Shown here piece by piece: positions 51,292 to 62,233 of a stretch of DNA of 64,000 nt (the stretch's first letter is position 1; each line of letters begins with the position of its first letter). The notes beneath the pieces are model-generated. The model saw only the letters and a program-made list of their open reading frames with translations. It was not told the origin of the DNA and did not search any database. The stretch lies in assembly GCA_963719515.1 (NCBI GenBank), contig CAVRCJ010000011.1, positions 416,001-480,000 on the forward strand, given 5' to 3'. The position numbers and the translations under genes were made by a program. The stretch comes from an uncultured cyanobacterium. GTDB taxonomy: Bacteria > Cyanobacteriota > Cyanobacteriia > CAKZMO01.

Positions 51292-51837
51292 CTATTCGCT
51301 GATGCAGCGTGGCTTAATAGGTTCAGCAGGATTACCGGCATAAATGGTCATGGGCTGAAGCGATCGCCCGGTGACGCTTCCCAGCCCCAGTACTGCGCCT
51401 TTGGCAATCGTTACGCCGGGACCGATGACGGCCTTAGCCGCTATCCAGGCGCTAGATTCGATGGCGATGGGGGCAATTTTGAGCGAGAAATGGGGATGGC
51501 TCCAGTCGTGGTTGCCGGTGCAGAGATAGACGCCTTGGGAGAGGCAGACATTGTCGCCGATGGTCACCTCGGCCAGGTTGTCTATCCAAGCGTCTTCGCC
51601 AATCCAGCTGTGGTCGCCAATGGTGAGCCGCCATGGAAACTTGATGCGCACGCCGGGCTTGATGCGCACGCCGGTGCCGACGGTGGCTCCGAAGAGACGG
51701 AGGGTTTTGACTTTGAGAGCGGAGAAGGGAAGGAGATGGCTTTGGATGAGAGGGCTGCCAAGAAAGTACCAAAGAAGCTGTTGGAGGCGCACAGCTCCCG
51801 GGTTGTAGGGGCTGGTGGTGTAGTGACTGAGATGCAT
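51292..51837 (-). CDS. wcaF: WcaF-family polysaccharide acetyltransferase
   Basis: IKFPWRLTIGDHSWIGE, LCTGNHDW, hexapeptide repeats. Confidence 0.9.
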   Translation of the reverse strand: MHLSHYTTSPYNPGAVRLQQLLWYFLGSPLIQSHLLPFSALKVKTLRLFGATVGTGVRIKPGVRIKFPWRLTIGDHSWIGEDAWIDNLAEVTIGDNVCLSQGVYLCTGNHDWSHPHFSLKIAPIAIESSAWIAAKAVIGPGVTIAKGAVLGLGSVTGRSLQPMTIYAGNPAEPIKPRCISE

Positions 51838-52128
51838 CTATCTATTAAGCAAATTTTTGTTTCTCTGGAAACAATAGTCCGGACACTTTTCTGGACAAGT
51901 GCCGAAACCATTGATTTCTCGTTGACCGAGCTGCTGTAGAAGAGGCTTGAAACCCTCATTCCACCGTTAGCCATCAAAAACTGTCCGGAGTGCCACCTGA
52001 AAGCGCTGTACCAGCGCTTTCAAGTGGCACTACCCATTTCAGCAATAGGAGCAAGCTGATGCTTCTTGCCCCTGTTGCTGAGTAACACAGGAAAGTAGGG
52101 TGAGCCCTACCTTCCCCGTGCTCCAAAT

Positions 52129-52692
52129 CTAGGCCTCTTCTACAGCGGCCTCGCGGCGCTTGCGGCGGGCAGCTGCGGTCATACCCACTACTGCCGCGAT
52201 CGCCCCTGCAGTAGTGACTGGCTCGGGAACGGGTTCATTGACGGTAAGAGGCTCTGCGGCAGGATTAAATCCACCGCCCCTGACCGCTAGAAAGTCGCCT
52301 GCACCAGGGTCAAAAAAGGTAAAGTTAGTGCCACCTAATGAAAACCGAAAGAATTCGCCGTCAACGATATCTAGCTCGCCAGCGCCGTTTATCGCAAACA
52401 AGCCCGGATCAGAGAAGGTACCCGAATCCATAAACGGTCTTAAAAAGCTTACCGTGAATTCGCTGAGATCAGTCGGGTCTGTAAATTCGATACTGCCTTT
52501 AAAGGCTGGATTACCCAGTCCCGTATTGCCTGCAGTAGTTTGAGTAGTGAAACCGAACTTAACTGCTTGTGCTGGAGTGAAAAACCCTGCTGTAACGATT
52601 ACGGAAGAAGCTCCTAAGGCGGCGAGCATCACCTTACGGTTAAGCAGGCTGGCGCTAAATGTGCCTAAGTTAGAAAGTGGATTGCGAATCAT
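52129..52692 (-). CDS. PEP-CTERM sorting domain protein
   Basis: Signal peptide ending AQA; C-terminal VPEP, TM helix, RRKRR. Confidence 0.92.
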   Translation of the reverse strand: MIRNPLSNLGTFSASLLNRKVMLAALGASSVIVTAGFFTPAQAVKFGFTTQTTAGNTGLGNPAFKGSIEFTDPTDLSEFTVSFLRPFMDSGTFSDPGLFAINGAGELDIVDGEFFRFSLGGTNFTFFDPGAGDFLAVRGGGFNPAAEPLTVNEPVPEPVTTAGAIAAVVGMTAAARRKRREAAVEEA

Positions 52693-53235
52693 GGTTGTGT
52701 GTATAAGTTGATTACTGGACAATTAGTTACTGGACAATATAGATGCCCAATGTGGCGAGTCACCCTGACGTTAACCCGAGAATACCTAACCTCGTCTATC
52801 AAAGCTTGAGCAGAGCTACGCTTCGCCTAAATTGGTATGGAAGAATCCCTATACAGCTGTAGCTTTAGATGGATATATCGTCTGAATTTAGCTCAAGGTG
52901 TGGGCTAGCATCTTAAATCTTGGTTACGGCAATCTGCGACTTATCACGAAAGCCGTGTAGAGTCCCTAAAGTAGACGCCATTCCCAATAACACCGGCTAA
53001 AAGGGCAAGCGCAATCCCGGTATTGAGAAGAAATACGCTTATAGCCACGTTGCTGCTACTACAGCGTCTGAATTAGCAGTTGCACAACTGCAGCTTAACG
53101 CAGCCATGCGGCTTAGTACTAGGAAAACAATTGCGAATTCATGCAAATTTCATAGCACCTTTCCAACCTTAAGCCACAACAACTTTCCTAAGCAAAACGC
53201 TACTTTTCAACCTGGCTGATGCCTCTTTGTTATCG

Positions 53236-53991
53236 CTACACTCTTACCCAGGAGCTAGCTTGCCAAAGACAGTAAAACAGCGCTGCCGAAACTAATGCTC
53301 CCAAGCACCATTTGATGGCCGTTTTCAGTAAGTCTAAACGCTGACGCGATCGTAGCGCTAGAGCGGTAGAGTCGAGCTGGCTTTGCGCTTGTGTCAGCGA
53401 AGTAGACAGATCATTTTTCAGATCGGCGACGGGCGCATTGGGCGCTGCCCCCGCTACCCCACTGGCCTGTAATAGCGGAGTCAGAGACTCTACCGTACTT
53501 GCCTGCTGCAGCTGTTCACGGGCCTGCTGAATCTGGACTCGCTGCTGCTCCAGCTGGATAACAACGCGATCGCTGTTTAAGTTATTAACGCGGTAGGTAT
53601 TAATAACTCCCAGTGGCACTAACAGCACCAAAACCACAGCCTGAGCGAGACAGAGCCAAGAGAGTATGCGCAGTACAGGCAGCTCCCAAGCGGAGCGATG
53701 TTTCTCATACCCGGCAAAGATGAAAACAAATGCTAGTAGGGGAATTACCGTTTTCTCGACAATTTGCCCGAAGGTTTGAAATTCCCACTCAGGATTGAGA
53801 CCCTGAAATGGAATCATCATCACAACAAGATCAAAAACGGCAAGCACGAGCAGACCATAACCGAATAGACGAAATAGATTAATCGACTTGCTTAGAGATG
53901 CCTCTAATCCTTGAAGTTGCGTAGTAATACTCTGCTGCCATAGAGGCTCACCGGTAGGCTGCTGGTTTGAATGGGGATGAGTAGGGGTCAT
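53236..53991 (-). CDS. hpsJ: HpsJ-family protein (cyanoexosortase A-associated)
   Basis: GYGLLVL...NPEWEFQTFGQIVEK; four TM helices plus coiled coil. Confidence 0.85.
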   Translation of the reverse strand: MTPTHPHSNQQPTGEPLWQQSITTQLQGLEASLSKSINLFRLFGYGLLVLAVFDLVVMMIPFQGLNPEWEFQTFGQIVEKTVIPLLAFVFIFAGYEKHRSAWELPVLRILSWLCLAQAVVLVLLVPLGVINTYRVNNLNSDRVVIQLEQQRVQIQQAREQLQQASTVESLTPLLQASGVAGAAPNAPVADLKNDLSTSLTQAQSQLDSTALALRSRQRLDLLKTAIKWCLGALVSAALFYCLWQASSWVRV

Positions 53992-54033
53992 AAATAGTTC
54001 GATTGGATGAAAGTGACGTCGAAAGGAACAAGT

Positions 54034-54654
54034 TCAAATTTGCGGAAACTCAGGTTGCCAACGCGCATTGAGATCACGCCAAGCTGTCTCTAACAGCGGA
54101 AGCACTGTTTCTGCCCGCTGAGACTCTAGCGGTGTCGACAATGTGAGCCGTAAGCAACGAGGATCGCGAAACACAGCGGTCTGGTCCAGCGCTAAGGCCA
54201 TAACTCTCTGAGGTTGAACCGCCTGCCAGAGCTGGTTACGGCTGAACTGCTGCGCTGTGACAGTTGTCGTGCCATTTGGATTGATGCAGGCCGTTAAAAA
54301 GGCGGCTTCTTCAGTGACAAACAGTCCGTAGGAGCCAAGTTTTTCCACCTTACGGATCATTATCTCTGTCTCCGGAACGCGCCACTGATTTCTGATTTTG
54401 CTGGGCAAGTTTCCACCCTGCTGCAGAGTTGTATGAATCTTGAGCGTTGTCTCTTGATCGCGGTAGTAGTAAGTGTTGCTTCGGTCTACCTGTTCATGAT
54501 TGAACCACTGCCAGTCTGAGAGCGGCAGCTGCTCAGGCAAGACCAGTGGCGATGGCTTGACAGAAACAACAGGCGTCGTCAATGTTTTCACGAAGGTGAA
54601 CGCTGTTGCGGCACAGGCCATCCCCAGTACAAGGCGCGTAAGCATGGTAGGCAT
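54034..54654 (-). CDS. Cyanoexosortase A system-associated protein
   Basis: LPEQLPLSDWQ, ACINPNGTTTVTAQQF, DPRCL; directly after the exosortase. Confidence 0.85.
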   Translation of the reverse strand: MPTMLTRLVLGMACAATAFTFVKTLTTPVVSVKPSPLVLPEQLPLSDWQWFNHEQVDRSNTYYYRDQETTLKIHTTLQQGGNLPSKIRNQWRVPETEIMIRKVEKLGSYGLFVTEEAAFLTACINPNGTTTVTAQQFSRNQLWQAVQPQRVMALALDQTAVFRDPRCLRLTLSTPLESQRAETVLPLLETAWRDLNARWQPEFPQI

Positions 54655-54656
54655 TT

Positions 54657-55595
54657 CTATAGGGGAACTGGCTGCTGAGGGCTCTGAGTGGCGACGTCAA
54701 TAGACGGGAGTCTGTAGAGGTAAATTCCTATAAATAGACTCATCGCCACTAGGCTGAACAGGCTTGCTCCTTCTCCCTGGTGCCAGTAGCTAAAGCTGTC
54801 GCTCTGATTGGCGACAAGGATTGTGAGTAAGACTACACGTACGCCGTTGACAACAAAGGCTATCCCCATCGCGAGCAGGGGCGCGGCAACATTGGCCCAT
54901 CGCCTGACGGGAAAGACAATCATGAAGGCTAGACAAATGCACAGCAGGTGGCTGATGCTGCCGATGCCAGAACATTCTGCATAGACATCCACGCTCCCGG
55001 ACGGCAAGCTAATGACGGTGCCCTGCTGGCTGACGTCGAATCCGGTATACCACAGAATGGCGGTGGCAAACGCTGCCGTTAGCGGCGAAATGTCTACAAA
55101 CCAGCGAGGCATTAGCAGACTCAATGGCCCCAGCAACACCAGCAAAGTTAAAACTTGAGAGTGCCGCTGTATGCCTTGAAAGCCTTCTACTAGCAGAAGC
55201 AATCCCAGCGCGATCGCGATCGGTAGAATAGCGGGCGATCCCCCTGGCTGGCTGTACAAATATGCCTTAAGTAATATCAGTCCTAGGAGCAGGAGGCCTA
55301 TGCCCTTAGCGATATAGCTGCCAGTCCACTGAATTTGATTGCGACGTAACCAGACGAAGTAGCTTGTGATAGACCAAGGCAGCAGGCTGTGGTTAACAAA
55401 GTCAAGCTGAGGCGTTTTCGCGACCAAGCTCGCTTGAATGGCAATCAGACCGGCTGCTAGCGCCAGTATCCAGTAGCGCAGGGTGTGGAACTCATTAGCG
55501 GCAGGTGGTGTCGATGAAAGTAGCATGTCGGCAGGACTCTGCATAGGAGTAGGCATTATGGCCAAGGGCACAATACGGGCCCTTTCCAATTCCAT
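54657..55595 (-). CDS. crtA: Cyanoexosortase A
   Basis: Multi-TM; VYAECSG, NGVRV, YWHQGEG (Cys/Arg/His triad). Confidence 0.88.
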   Translation of the reverse strand: MELERARIVPLAIMPTPMQSPADMLLSSTPPAANEFHTLRYWILALAAGLIAIQASLVAKTPQLDFVNHSLLPWSITSYFVWLRRNQIQWTGSYIAKGIGLLLLGLILLKAYLYSQPGGSPAILPIAIALGLLLLVEGFQGIQRHSQVLTLLVLLGPLSLLMPRWFVDISPLTAAFATAILWYTGFDVSQQGTVISLPSGSVDVYAECSGIGSISHLLCICLAFMIVFPVRRWANVAAPLLAMGIAFVVNGVRVVLLTILVANQSDSFSYWHQGEGASLFSLVAMSLFIGIYLYRLPSIDVATQSPQQPVPL

Positions 55596-55673
55596 TACTC
55601 CCTACGTAGGGCTTGTGCTGAGTCCAGCTAAGTTTGGGCGTTGCTTACGCAATTTTTGGATATAGCTCTCTGC

Positions 55674-56441
55674 CTACTTCTGATTCTCATATTCGATGAG
55701 GCGAATGGAGAGCAGCGTTTCGGCTAGTATCCTTTGAAAGGCGTAATACCAGCCAGGCCAGCCGTCGAGGATACCGCGCTTGATAACAAGGCAGTATACA
55801 AGCACAATGAAGGGGGCAAGAACTTTGGTTTTGCGGATGCGATCGCCCACGCTCAGCTCACTGGTGGGGGTTCCAAGCAGCTTTTTGACTTCTAGCACCA
55901 TGTAGCGATCCTGCGCCCAGAGCCAGCGGCTCAGTGGCTTGCGATCGTCGTGGTAGACGTAGCTAGTGAGCTGGCCTGAGTTGCCATCCACTGCTAAAAC
56001 CTGGGTGTGACCGTCATCGATATAGTGGCTTTTTTGAGTGCGGTGAAGCACCTGGCGCGGAGGCAGGAGGGTGCCGCTGAGAGGTTTGCCGAAGACGCAA
56101 TATTTGAAGCGTATGAAGTAGCCGTCGTAAGAATCCTCTGGGGAAAGAACTTTTAGTTCGGCAATGAGGTCGTCGGACAAGACATAGTCGGCATCGAGGG
56201 AAAGGGTCCAGGGAGTAGTGACTTGCTCTAGACCATAGTTCCACTGGTTAGCGTGAGTGTCGAAGGAGCGCTGGAAGACTTCGACCTGAGGATATTTCTT
56301 GAGGATATTGAGGGTGCCGTCAGAGCTATATTTGCTGTCGACGACGACAATGCGGCTCGCCCAGGTTAGCTTTTGCAGGGTACGATCGATATTGGGAGCC
56401 TCGTTGTAGACAAGGATGAGGGGCGTGACTTTGTATAGCAT
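55674..56441 (-). CDS. Glycosyltransferase family 2
   Basis: YNEAPNI, SLDADY, HDDRKP. Confidence 0.9.
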   Translation of the reverse strand: MLYKVTPLILVYNEAPNIDRTLQKLTWASRIVVVDSKYSSDGTLNILKKYPQVEVFQRSFDTHANQWNYGLEQVTTPWTLSLDADYVLSDDLIAELKVLSPEDSYDGYFIRFKYCVFGKPLSGTLLPPRQVLHRTQKSHYIDDGHTQVLAVDGNSGQLTSYVYHDDRKPLSRWLWAQDRYMVLEVKKLLGTPTSELSVGDRIRKTKVLAPFIVLVYCLVIKRGILDGWPGWYYAFQRILAETLLSIRLIEYENQK

Positions 56442-56454
56442 TAAATTACTCCAT

Positions 56455-57143
56455 CTAGCTTGAAAAACGAACTTTAGAGCCAAGTTTAATGAAGTTTATA
56501 AAAACCTTGGATACAGCTGGAAGAGAGAAAATTTTGTCATCAGTTCTAGCAATAATTCTCCCGTCAAAAATTCGAAATCTGTACTCTTTTAGTAAGCTAA
56601 CAACTTCTTCCTTTTTGAAAAATTTGTCTAAGTAAACGGCCTTTGTCCGGATTTTCTTTAACCAGATTACCTGCACCTATTAGAGCTTCAAGCTCTTGGC
56701 CTTCGCCGTCGATTTTTATTATTAGAGAATTTCCTGCAAAGCCAAATGAATCTAGTCGTTTATATAGAATCTGCGTAGTAGATTTGTTTTCATAGTGATA
56801 CCCGGATGCATTCTCTACAGTTGTAAAGGTATGCAAAACAGTCCCATGTAGGAATTTAAGATTGCCTTCCTTATCCGATATGGCGTAGTTAAAAGCTTCA
56901 AAGCCGTATCTATGAGAATTTATCTCAAGCCTCTTATAAGTATCTGGGTTAGCTTCAAAAGCGTACACGGCGAGGTTATTTATTATGTTTTGTATCGGCC
57001 AAAAACGGAAGAAATACTTTTATATTAACGCCAACATCTATAAATAAATCTCCTGCCTCTATTAATTTTGAAAATAATACTTTAAATTCACCTTTAGTCT
57101 TTGTTTTGATTTCGAGCTACTCAGGACTAGAATCAATGTCCAT
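56455..57143 (-). pseudogene. Decayed FkbM-family methyltransferase
   Basis: FIDVGVN, YAFEANP and IKIDGEGQE lie in different frames; in-frame TAG at codon 9. Confidence 0.75.
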
Positions 57144-58324
57144 TTTTTAGCTCTTTATGAACAGTGCACTGATAGATCGCTACAAGCTGAGCTGCAACGC
57201 TCTCCCAGGTATAATTTCTCAAGACAAACTGTCGGGCGCGATCGCCCATCTCTTTAGACTCTTCAGGATGCTGAAGAACCTTTTCTAAAGCAGTAGCCAC
57301 TGACTCAATCGTCATACTCGCCACGTATCCTAGTTCGTGCATCTCGACTAGCGTCGACAGCGCGACCCCAGGCGTCGACACGACCGGAAGTCCTGCTGCT
57401 AGCGCCTCTAGAACAACAATTCCGAAGTTTTCAGAATATGAGGTTAGAGCAAAAACATCAGAGCCTTGCAGCAGCTGAGCTTTTTCGCTTCCTTGAACAA
57501 ATCCAGAAAAACGGACCCGATCAGACAGATGAGAGTTACTCACTAAAGCCTTAATACTATCTTCGTATGTCGGATCTCCGCTGCCGGCAATAATGAGCGT
57601 GAACCGATGGTGCTTTAGCTGTTCTGCTGCAGAAATCAACAGCTCTAGTCCCTTCTTGGGATGGATCCGAGATAGGAACAAAATGATGGGCTCATCCGAG
57701 GGAAGCTGGAGCTCGCTCTCGCAGCTGGCGGCGAGCATCAGGAATTTGATCGGGAACGTGAAGCCCATGGGGAATTGTCAGCATCGGTGGAGCCAACCCC
57801 AAATCAGCGATCTCTTCCTGCTCTAGGCTGGAATTAAGAAGTAGAGCTGAGCTGTGATTGAGATTTCCTCGCTCCGCAAGTTCAAGATAGACTTGCTTCT
57901 TGGCAGCACTTTGCTGCCTTGACCATTGACAGAGCAGACCATGGGGAGAGATGACATAGGGTACCTTTTTCAGGCGAGCAATGGCCATGGCAACGGTGGG
58001 AACGTAGGAGAACAGCGCATGAACATGGAGGACGTCATAGCGCTGAATGTTTTGCCATAGCCAAACGGTAAACTCGCGCGAGACAGCGTATTCTCGAACA
58101 GCGGCGCTGTTGGGGGAAAAGCGAGGGAAGAATTGAACTGGAACATGACGATATTGGCTGAAATAGCCAAGCGGCACGTCTAAAGTCTCAAGGCCATTGT
58201 CGTTTGTAGTTGCAATCTGTGCATTGACGTTATGGACTTGAAGTGCGCCAATCATCTCTAGTACAGCTTGGCTGACCCCTCCCCGAACATCGGCGACAGA
58301 AGGCGTGACGTGCAAAATTTTCAT
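57133..58324 (-). pseudogene. Glycosyltransferase family 4 with a +1 frameshift near 57712
   Basis: MKILHV...SPHG half and FLSRIHPKKG...SENFGIVVLEA half join into 396 aa when one base is removed. Confidence 0.85.
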
Positions 58325-58341
58325 GGTTCAATACTTCTGTA

Positions 58342-59748
58342 TCAGATCTCTGAAGCGCTGATTCGAGGACTGACCGTATAGCCCTCCTCATCAGTAATTG
58401 AGGATGGCCAAGCGGCGTGTTGGCTCTGCGCTTGCTGAACGTCGAGGAGGTACTGCCCTAAGCTTAGATAAAGCAGCAGGGCTAGCAGAGCAAAGGTCAA
58501 GTTACCGAGCAAGAAGGCTTCGAAAATGCTGCCAATAAGTAGGGATAATACTCCAGCAGTGACGGTACTACAGGCGAAGTAGTAGCTTGTGTTTCGTGCC
58601 GAAAACTGCTCTAGGCGATACAGCATACGAAGACAGCTCACGCCAAACCCAACCATTGGCAATAGACCCACAATGCCTAAGCTCGCCGCCGTTGCTAGCC
58701 AGGAGTTCTCGCCATAGCCCAATCGCGCTCCTCTAAGGGGCACCCCAAACATTGGATAGTTTTGAAATCCCCGCCACATCGCCGCCCAAACGTCTGCTCG
58801 GCTGTTTCGCCCCGAGGAAAGCTTGTCAACAGACGAACCAAAGTCGATGCCAATGGCGTCAAGATTCAACGACGGTCCAATTACCGCTAGCCCAACACCG
58901 ACAATAACTATAAGCCACAATAGCTTGCTGCTACGGTGGCGATAGAACAGCAGTATGGAGACAAAAGCCATGATCGATCCGGTGCGAGAGCCGGTCATGA
59001 ATAAGGCCACGCCTATAAGCGCTAACGTGACTAACCAAAATGCCTTGGGCGGACCCCACCTGGGCTGAGCTTCAAACAAAAATAGACAGCAGGGCACACA
59101 GCTTGCCAGCAAAGTTGCGGCGTGCTGAGGATTCCCGGTTGTGCCCAATAAAAGCCCTTGAACGAAGGTGATGGGATAAAGATCTACAGCGGCCTGATAG
59201 GCATTGGCTACTACAAAGATCACTCCAACCAAGGCGATCGCTCGAATAGCTAAGTAAAAGTTACCGTTGTCTTGTAGCCATTGAGAGGGGCCAGTCCTAA
59301 TGGCGAGAACAACCCCGCCAAAGGTCAGCGCCGATAACGTGGCAAACCCTAAGCTGCCAAAGGCTGCTGTCTTGAAGACAATCAAGCCTTGAACAATAAT
59401 CAGAAAGATGAGGGGTGTCGGTAGCTGGAGAGATCGCCAGCTGTACTGTCTCAAGTCGTTTTGCTTCCAAAAGCTGACGGCCAGCAGCAGCGCCAACAGC
59501 ACAATGCTGATGGGTCGCCCAGAGCCCCGTAGCTGCTGAAGCGGAAACACGAGGGGCGGCGGGATAGGAGTATATTGGTCCCGAAAAACAGCAAGGGAAG
59601 AGGCAAAGCCCAATAGCGAGACCAGCAGCCACGCACCCTGGGGCGATTGCTTGGCTTGGTAGATGAGAATAAAGCCCACGACAATGCCAGCGACCCCAAT
59701 GGGGCTGCCGACCAAGTCTAAAAGGATATCGATATAGTTTGAGTTCAT
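58342..59748 (-). CDS. O-antigen polymerase/ligase-like (Wzy/WaaL) membrane protein
   Basis: About 11-12 TM helices; GTTGNPQH, TGSRTG, SRADVW. Confidence 0.75.
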   Translation of the reverse strand: MNSNYIDILLDLVGSPIGVAGIVVGFILIYQAKQSPQGAWLLVSLLGFASSLAVFRDQYTPIPPPLVFPLQQLRGSGRPISIVLLALLLAVSFWKQNDLRQYSWRSLQLPTPLIFLIIVQGLIVFKTAAFGSLGFATLSALTFGGVVLAIRTGPSQWLQDNGNFYLAIRAIALVGVIFVVANAYQAAVDLYPITFVQGLLLGTTGNPQHAATLLASCVPCCLFLFEAQPRWGPPKAFWLVTLALIGVALFMTGSRTGSIMAFVSILLFYRHRSSKLLWLIVIVGVGLAVIGPSLNLDAIGIDFGSSVDKLSSGRNSRADVWAAMWRGFQNYPMFGVPLRGARLGYGENSWLATAASLGIVGLLPMVGFGVSCLRMLYRLEQFSARNTSYYFACSTVTAGVLSLLIGSIFEAFLLGNLTFALLALLLYLSLGQYLLDVQQAQSQHAAWPSSITDEEGYTVSPRISASEI

Positions 59749-60851
59749 GCCGCTGCCTTGGAGGAACTGCTTTTAGGCGCGGACTGGTCTACCGATGGCG
59801 TTAGCTGCTGAAACAGTGCCATCCAGCGGGTCGTCCAGAGCGCAGCGCTGTAGGGAGCCGCCATCTGCTGCGATCGCTTTCCCCATTTAGGGAGACTATC
59901 GTGCTGCTGATGCAGAGCAAGCAGCGCCTGAGTGAGGGACGCGGCGCTGTCTTCAGCAACAAGCAGACCATTGTGCCAAGGGCGAACCACCTCCACCGCT
60001 GAACCACAGACTTCAGTGCAAACAATCGGTAAACCGGCGGCAGCCGCTTCTACAATCGCCAGCGGCCAAGGGTCAAAGCGGCTAGGCATGATAAACGCCC
60101 CTGCCTGCTGCCAAATCTTTGTCATGTCTGAGGGTTGAACAAAGCCAAGGTTTTGAATCCCAGGCTGGTCTAGTAATGAAGCTAATTCGCCTTTGCCGCA
60201 GCATACTAAGGGCCAGGGATCTGAGGTGAGGCGTCGATAGGCTTGATACGCTTCGACCAGAACGTCAATTGCCTTGACGTTGGTATAGCGACCCACAAAC
60301 AAGAAAGAGTGAGGCCAGAGCTGCTGTCGATGCTCATATAGCGGAGACCAAGCCTCGTAATCGATGCCGTAGAGCCCTCGCATGATTTGACTAGAGCTGA
60401 ATCCCAAACGGCGGGCGTATTGCCAACTGCGTTCGCCGGTAACCACCACATGGCTCATGCGCTTCAGATAAGTTCGCAGGGCAAAAGGCGCGAGTCGCTG
60501 CTTTGAGGTACCCCACCAGGGCGTATCCATACCCATAATAAATTTGACATGCCGCAGGGCGGAGTCAAAGGCGAGCTGGCGGTAGGGCGGATGAAGCCAG
60601 CCACAGAGCACAACAATATCGGGATTGGCGGCTTTGACGAGCTGTTTGATGAGTTGAGTATTGGACTGCTGCTCTGCCGTTAGGAGCTGGCAGGGAATGT
60701 CCTCCATGAGGTCATCGGCGAAAGCGGTGGCGCTGTGGGACTGGAAGGCGATGATGGTGAGATTGACATCGGGCTGTTGCTGGAGCGATCGCCAGCAGGC
60801 AGCCATGTAGCCGGAGATATCGGACCAGCAGAAGACGACGTTTAAAGCCAC
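59745..60851 (-). CDS. Glycosyltransferase family 4
   Basis: FLFVGRY, PSRFDPWPLAIVEAAAAGLP. Confidence 0.9.
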   Translation of the reverse strand: MALNVVFCWSDISGYMAACWRSLQQQPDVNLTIIAFQSHSATAFADDLMEDIPCQLLTAEQQSNTQLIKQLVKAANPDIVVLCGWLHPPYRQLAFDSALRHVKFIMGMDTPWWGTSKQRLAPFALRTYLKRMSHVVVTGERSWQYARRLGFSSSQIMRGLYGIDYEAWSPLYEHRQQLWPHSFLFVGRYTNVKAIDVLVEAYQAYRRLTSDPWPLVCCGKGELASLLDQPGIQNLGFVQPSDMTKIWQQAGAFIMPSRFDPWPLAIVEAAAAGLPIVCTEVCGSAVEVVRPWHNGLLVAEDSAASLTQALLALHQQHDSLPKWGKRSQQMAAPYSAALWTTRWMALFQQLTPSVDQSAPKSSSSKAAA

Positions 60852-60869
60852 GGATTAGTTGGAGTGGTA

Positions 60870-61997
60870 TTAAGCAAAAGTGTGAAATGCATCGAGGACG
60901 CGATCGGCGCAGGCTGACCAGGTATATTGGGCCGCGTGGTCATGGCCTCGCTGGATGTAATCCTGACGCAGCTGGCGATCGTTGGCCAACGCTATCAAGG
61001 TATCCGCAATCTGTTCGGTCTGCTCCGGATCAACAATGAGACCGGCATCGCCCACAATTTCAGGAAGGGAGGCGCGATTGGAGACGACGGCAGGGACGCC
61101 AGCGGCCATCGCTTCTAGCGCTGGGATGCCGAATCCCTCGTAGAGGGAAAGGAAAAGTAGTGATGAAGCGCAGCGTAAGATCCGGGGCAGGTCAGCATCG
61201 GCGACCATACCCAGCAATTTGACATTGGGGTTTTGCGCAGCGGCTTCAATATACTGAGGTTCAGAATCCCCCGCGACAAGAATTTGAAGAGGGCTCTGCT
61301 GCGATCGCAGCTCTGCAGCAACAGCTAGCACGGCGTCGGCACCTTTCTTTTGCCGCAGGCCGCCGATGATGAGGCTATAGGGATTATCTACTGGACGCAC
61401 TAATATATTGGCGTCAGCAGAGGCGATATCAAAAAAGGCTTGCTCTACGCCGTTGCCGACGACGACGAGTTTGTTGGGGTCTGCGCCGAGGAGGGAAACC
61501 ATGCGCTGCTTTGAGAATTCTGAGACGGTAAACACGACGCGGCAGTCTCGTAGGGCACGGCGGACCCAGCGACCCCATTTATAGCGAAAGAGTCGGTGGT
61601 GCCAGGTGTTAGACCAGGACAAATTAGGTTCGAATGCTTGGATATCGTGGATGGTGACGGCGACAGGACATTTGGAAACGGGAATGTAGGTTTCCATTGG
61701 AGCGTAGAGCCAGTCGGTTACGTCTGGGATGTAACGGTCCATGTTTGGAAAGCCAAACAGCTTCCAGCCTCGCTCGGTAGCATTTTCTGCGGATGGGAAG
61801 GTATTAACAGGGAGCGTACTTAAGGGGCATCGAGAATCTAGCTTTCCGTCCTCTAGCCACTGTTGAGACACAAGCAACTCCAAGCTAACTGCGTCGCTTT
61901 GAGCAAGCTTTCCCAAGACTGAATTCATATGTCTACCAACGCCGGTACATGGCAAATATGTTCGCACAGGGTGAATATACGAAACTGTATTTAGCAT
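60870..61997 (-). CDS. Glycosyltransferase family 4
   Basis: TIHDI, TVSEFS, SLYEGFGIPALEAMAAG. Confidence 0.92.
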   Translation of the reverse strand: MLNTVSYIHPVRTYLPCTGVGRHMNSVLGKLAQSDAVSLELLVSQQWLEDGKLDSRCPLSTLPVNTFPSAENATERGWKLFGFPNMDRYIPDVTDWLYAPMETYIPVSKCPVAVTIHDIQAFEPNLSWSNTWHHRLFRYKWGRWVRRALRDCRVVFTVSEFSKQRMVSLLGADPNKLVVVGNGVEQAFFDIASADANILVRPVDNPYSLIIGGLRQKKGADAVLAVAAELRSQQSPLQILVAGDSEPQYIEAAAQNPNVKLLGMVADADLPRILRCASSLLFLSLYEGFGIPALEAMAAGVPAVVSNRASLPEIVGDAGLIVDPEQTEQIADTLIALANDRQLRQDYIQRGHDHAAQYTWSACADRVLDAFHTFA

Positions 61998-62233
61998 TTA
62001 GAGTATATGTTCATAGTAGTTACGAACCCAGCAAAGTTTCTTCTTCAAAACTTTAACTGGAGGACTAGTAAGCAATCTTCCCTAGCATTATTTTACCAGC
62101 AATGCTTCCTGCTACCAAGATATAGCCGTTAAGGTAATAATATTAGGCAATAGTATATGATTGCTACCAATCCAGCAGCTATCGTCAATAATATTTCCAA
62201 ATACTTCTCTTTCTTGCGATCTACTACTGAAAT

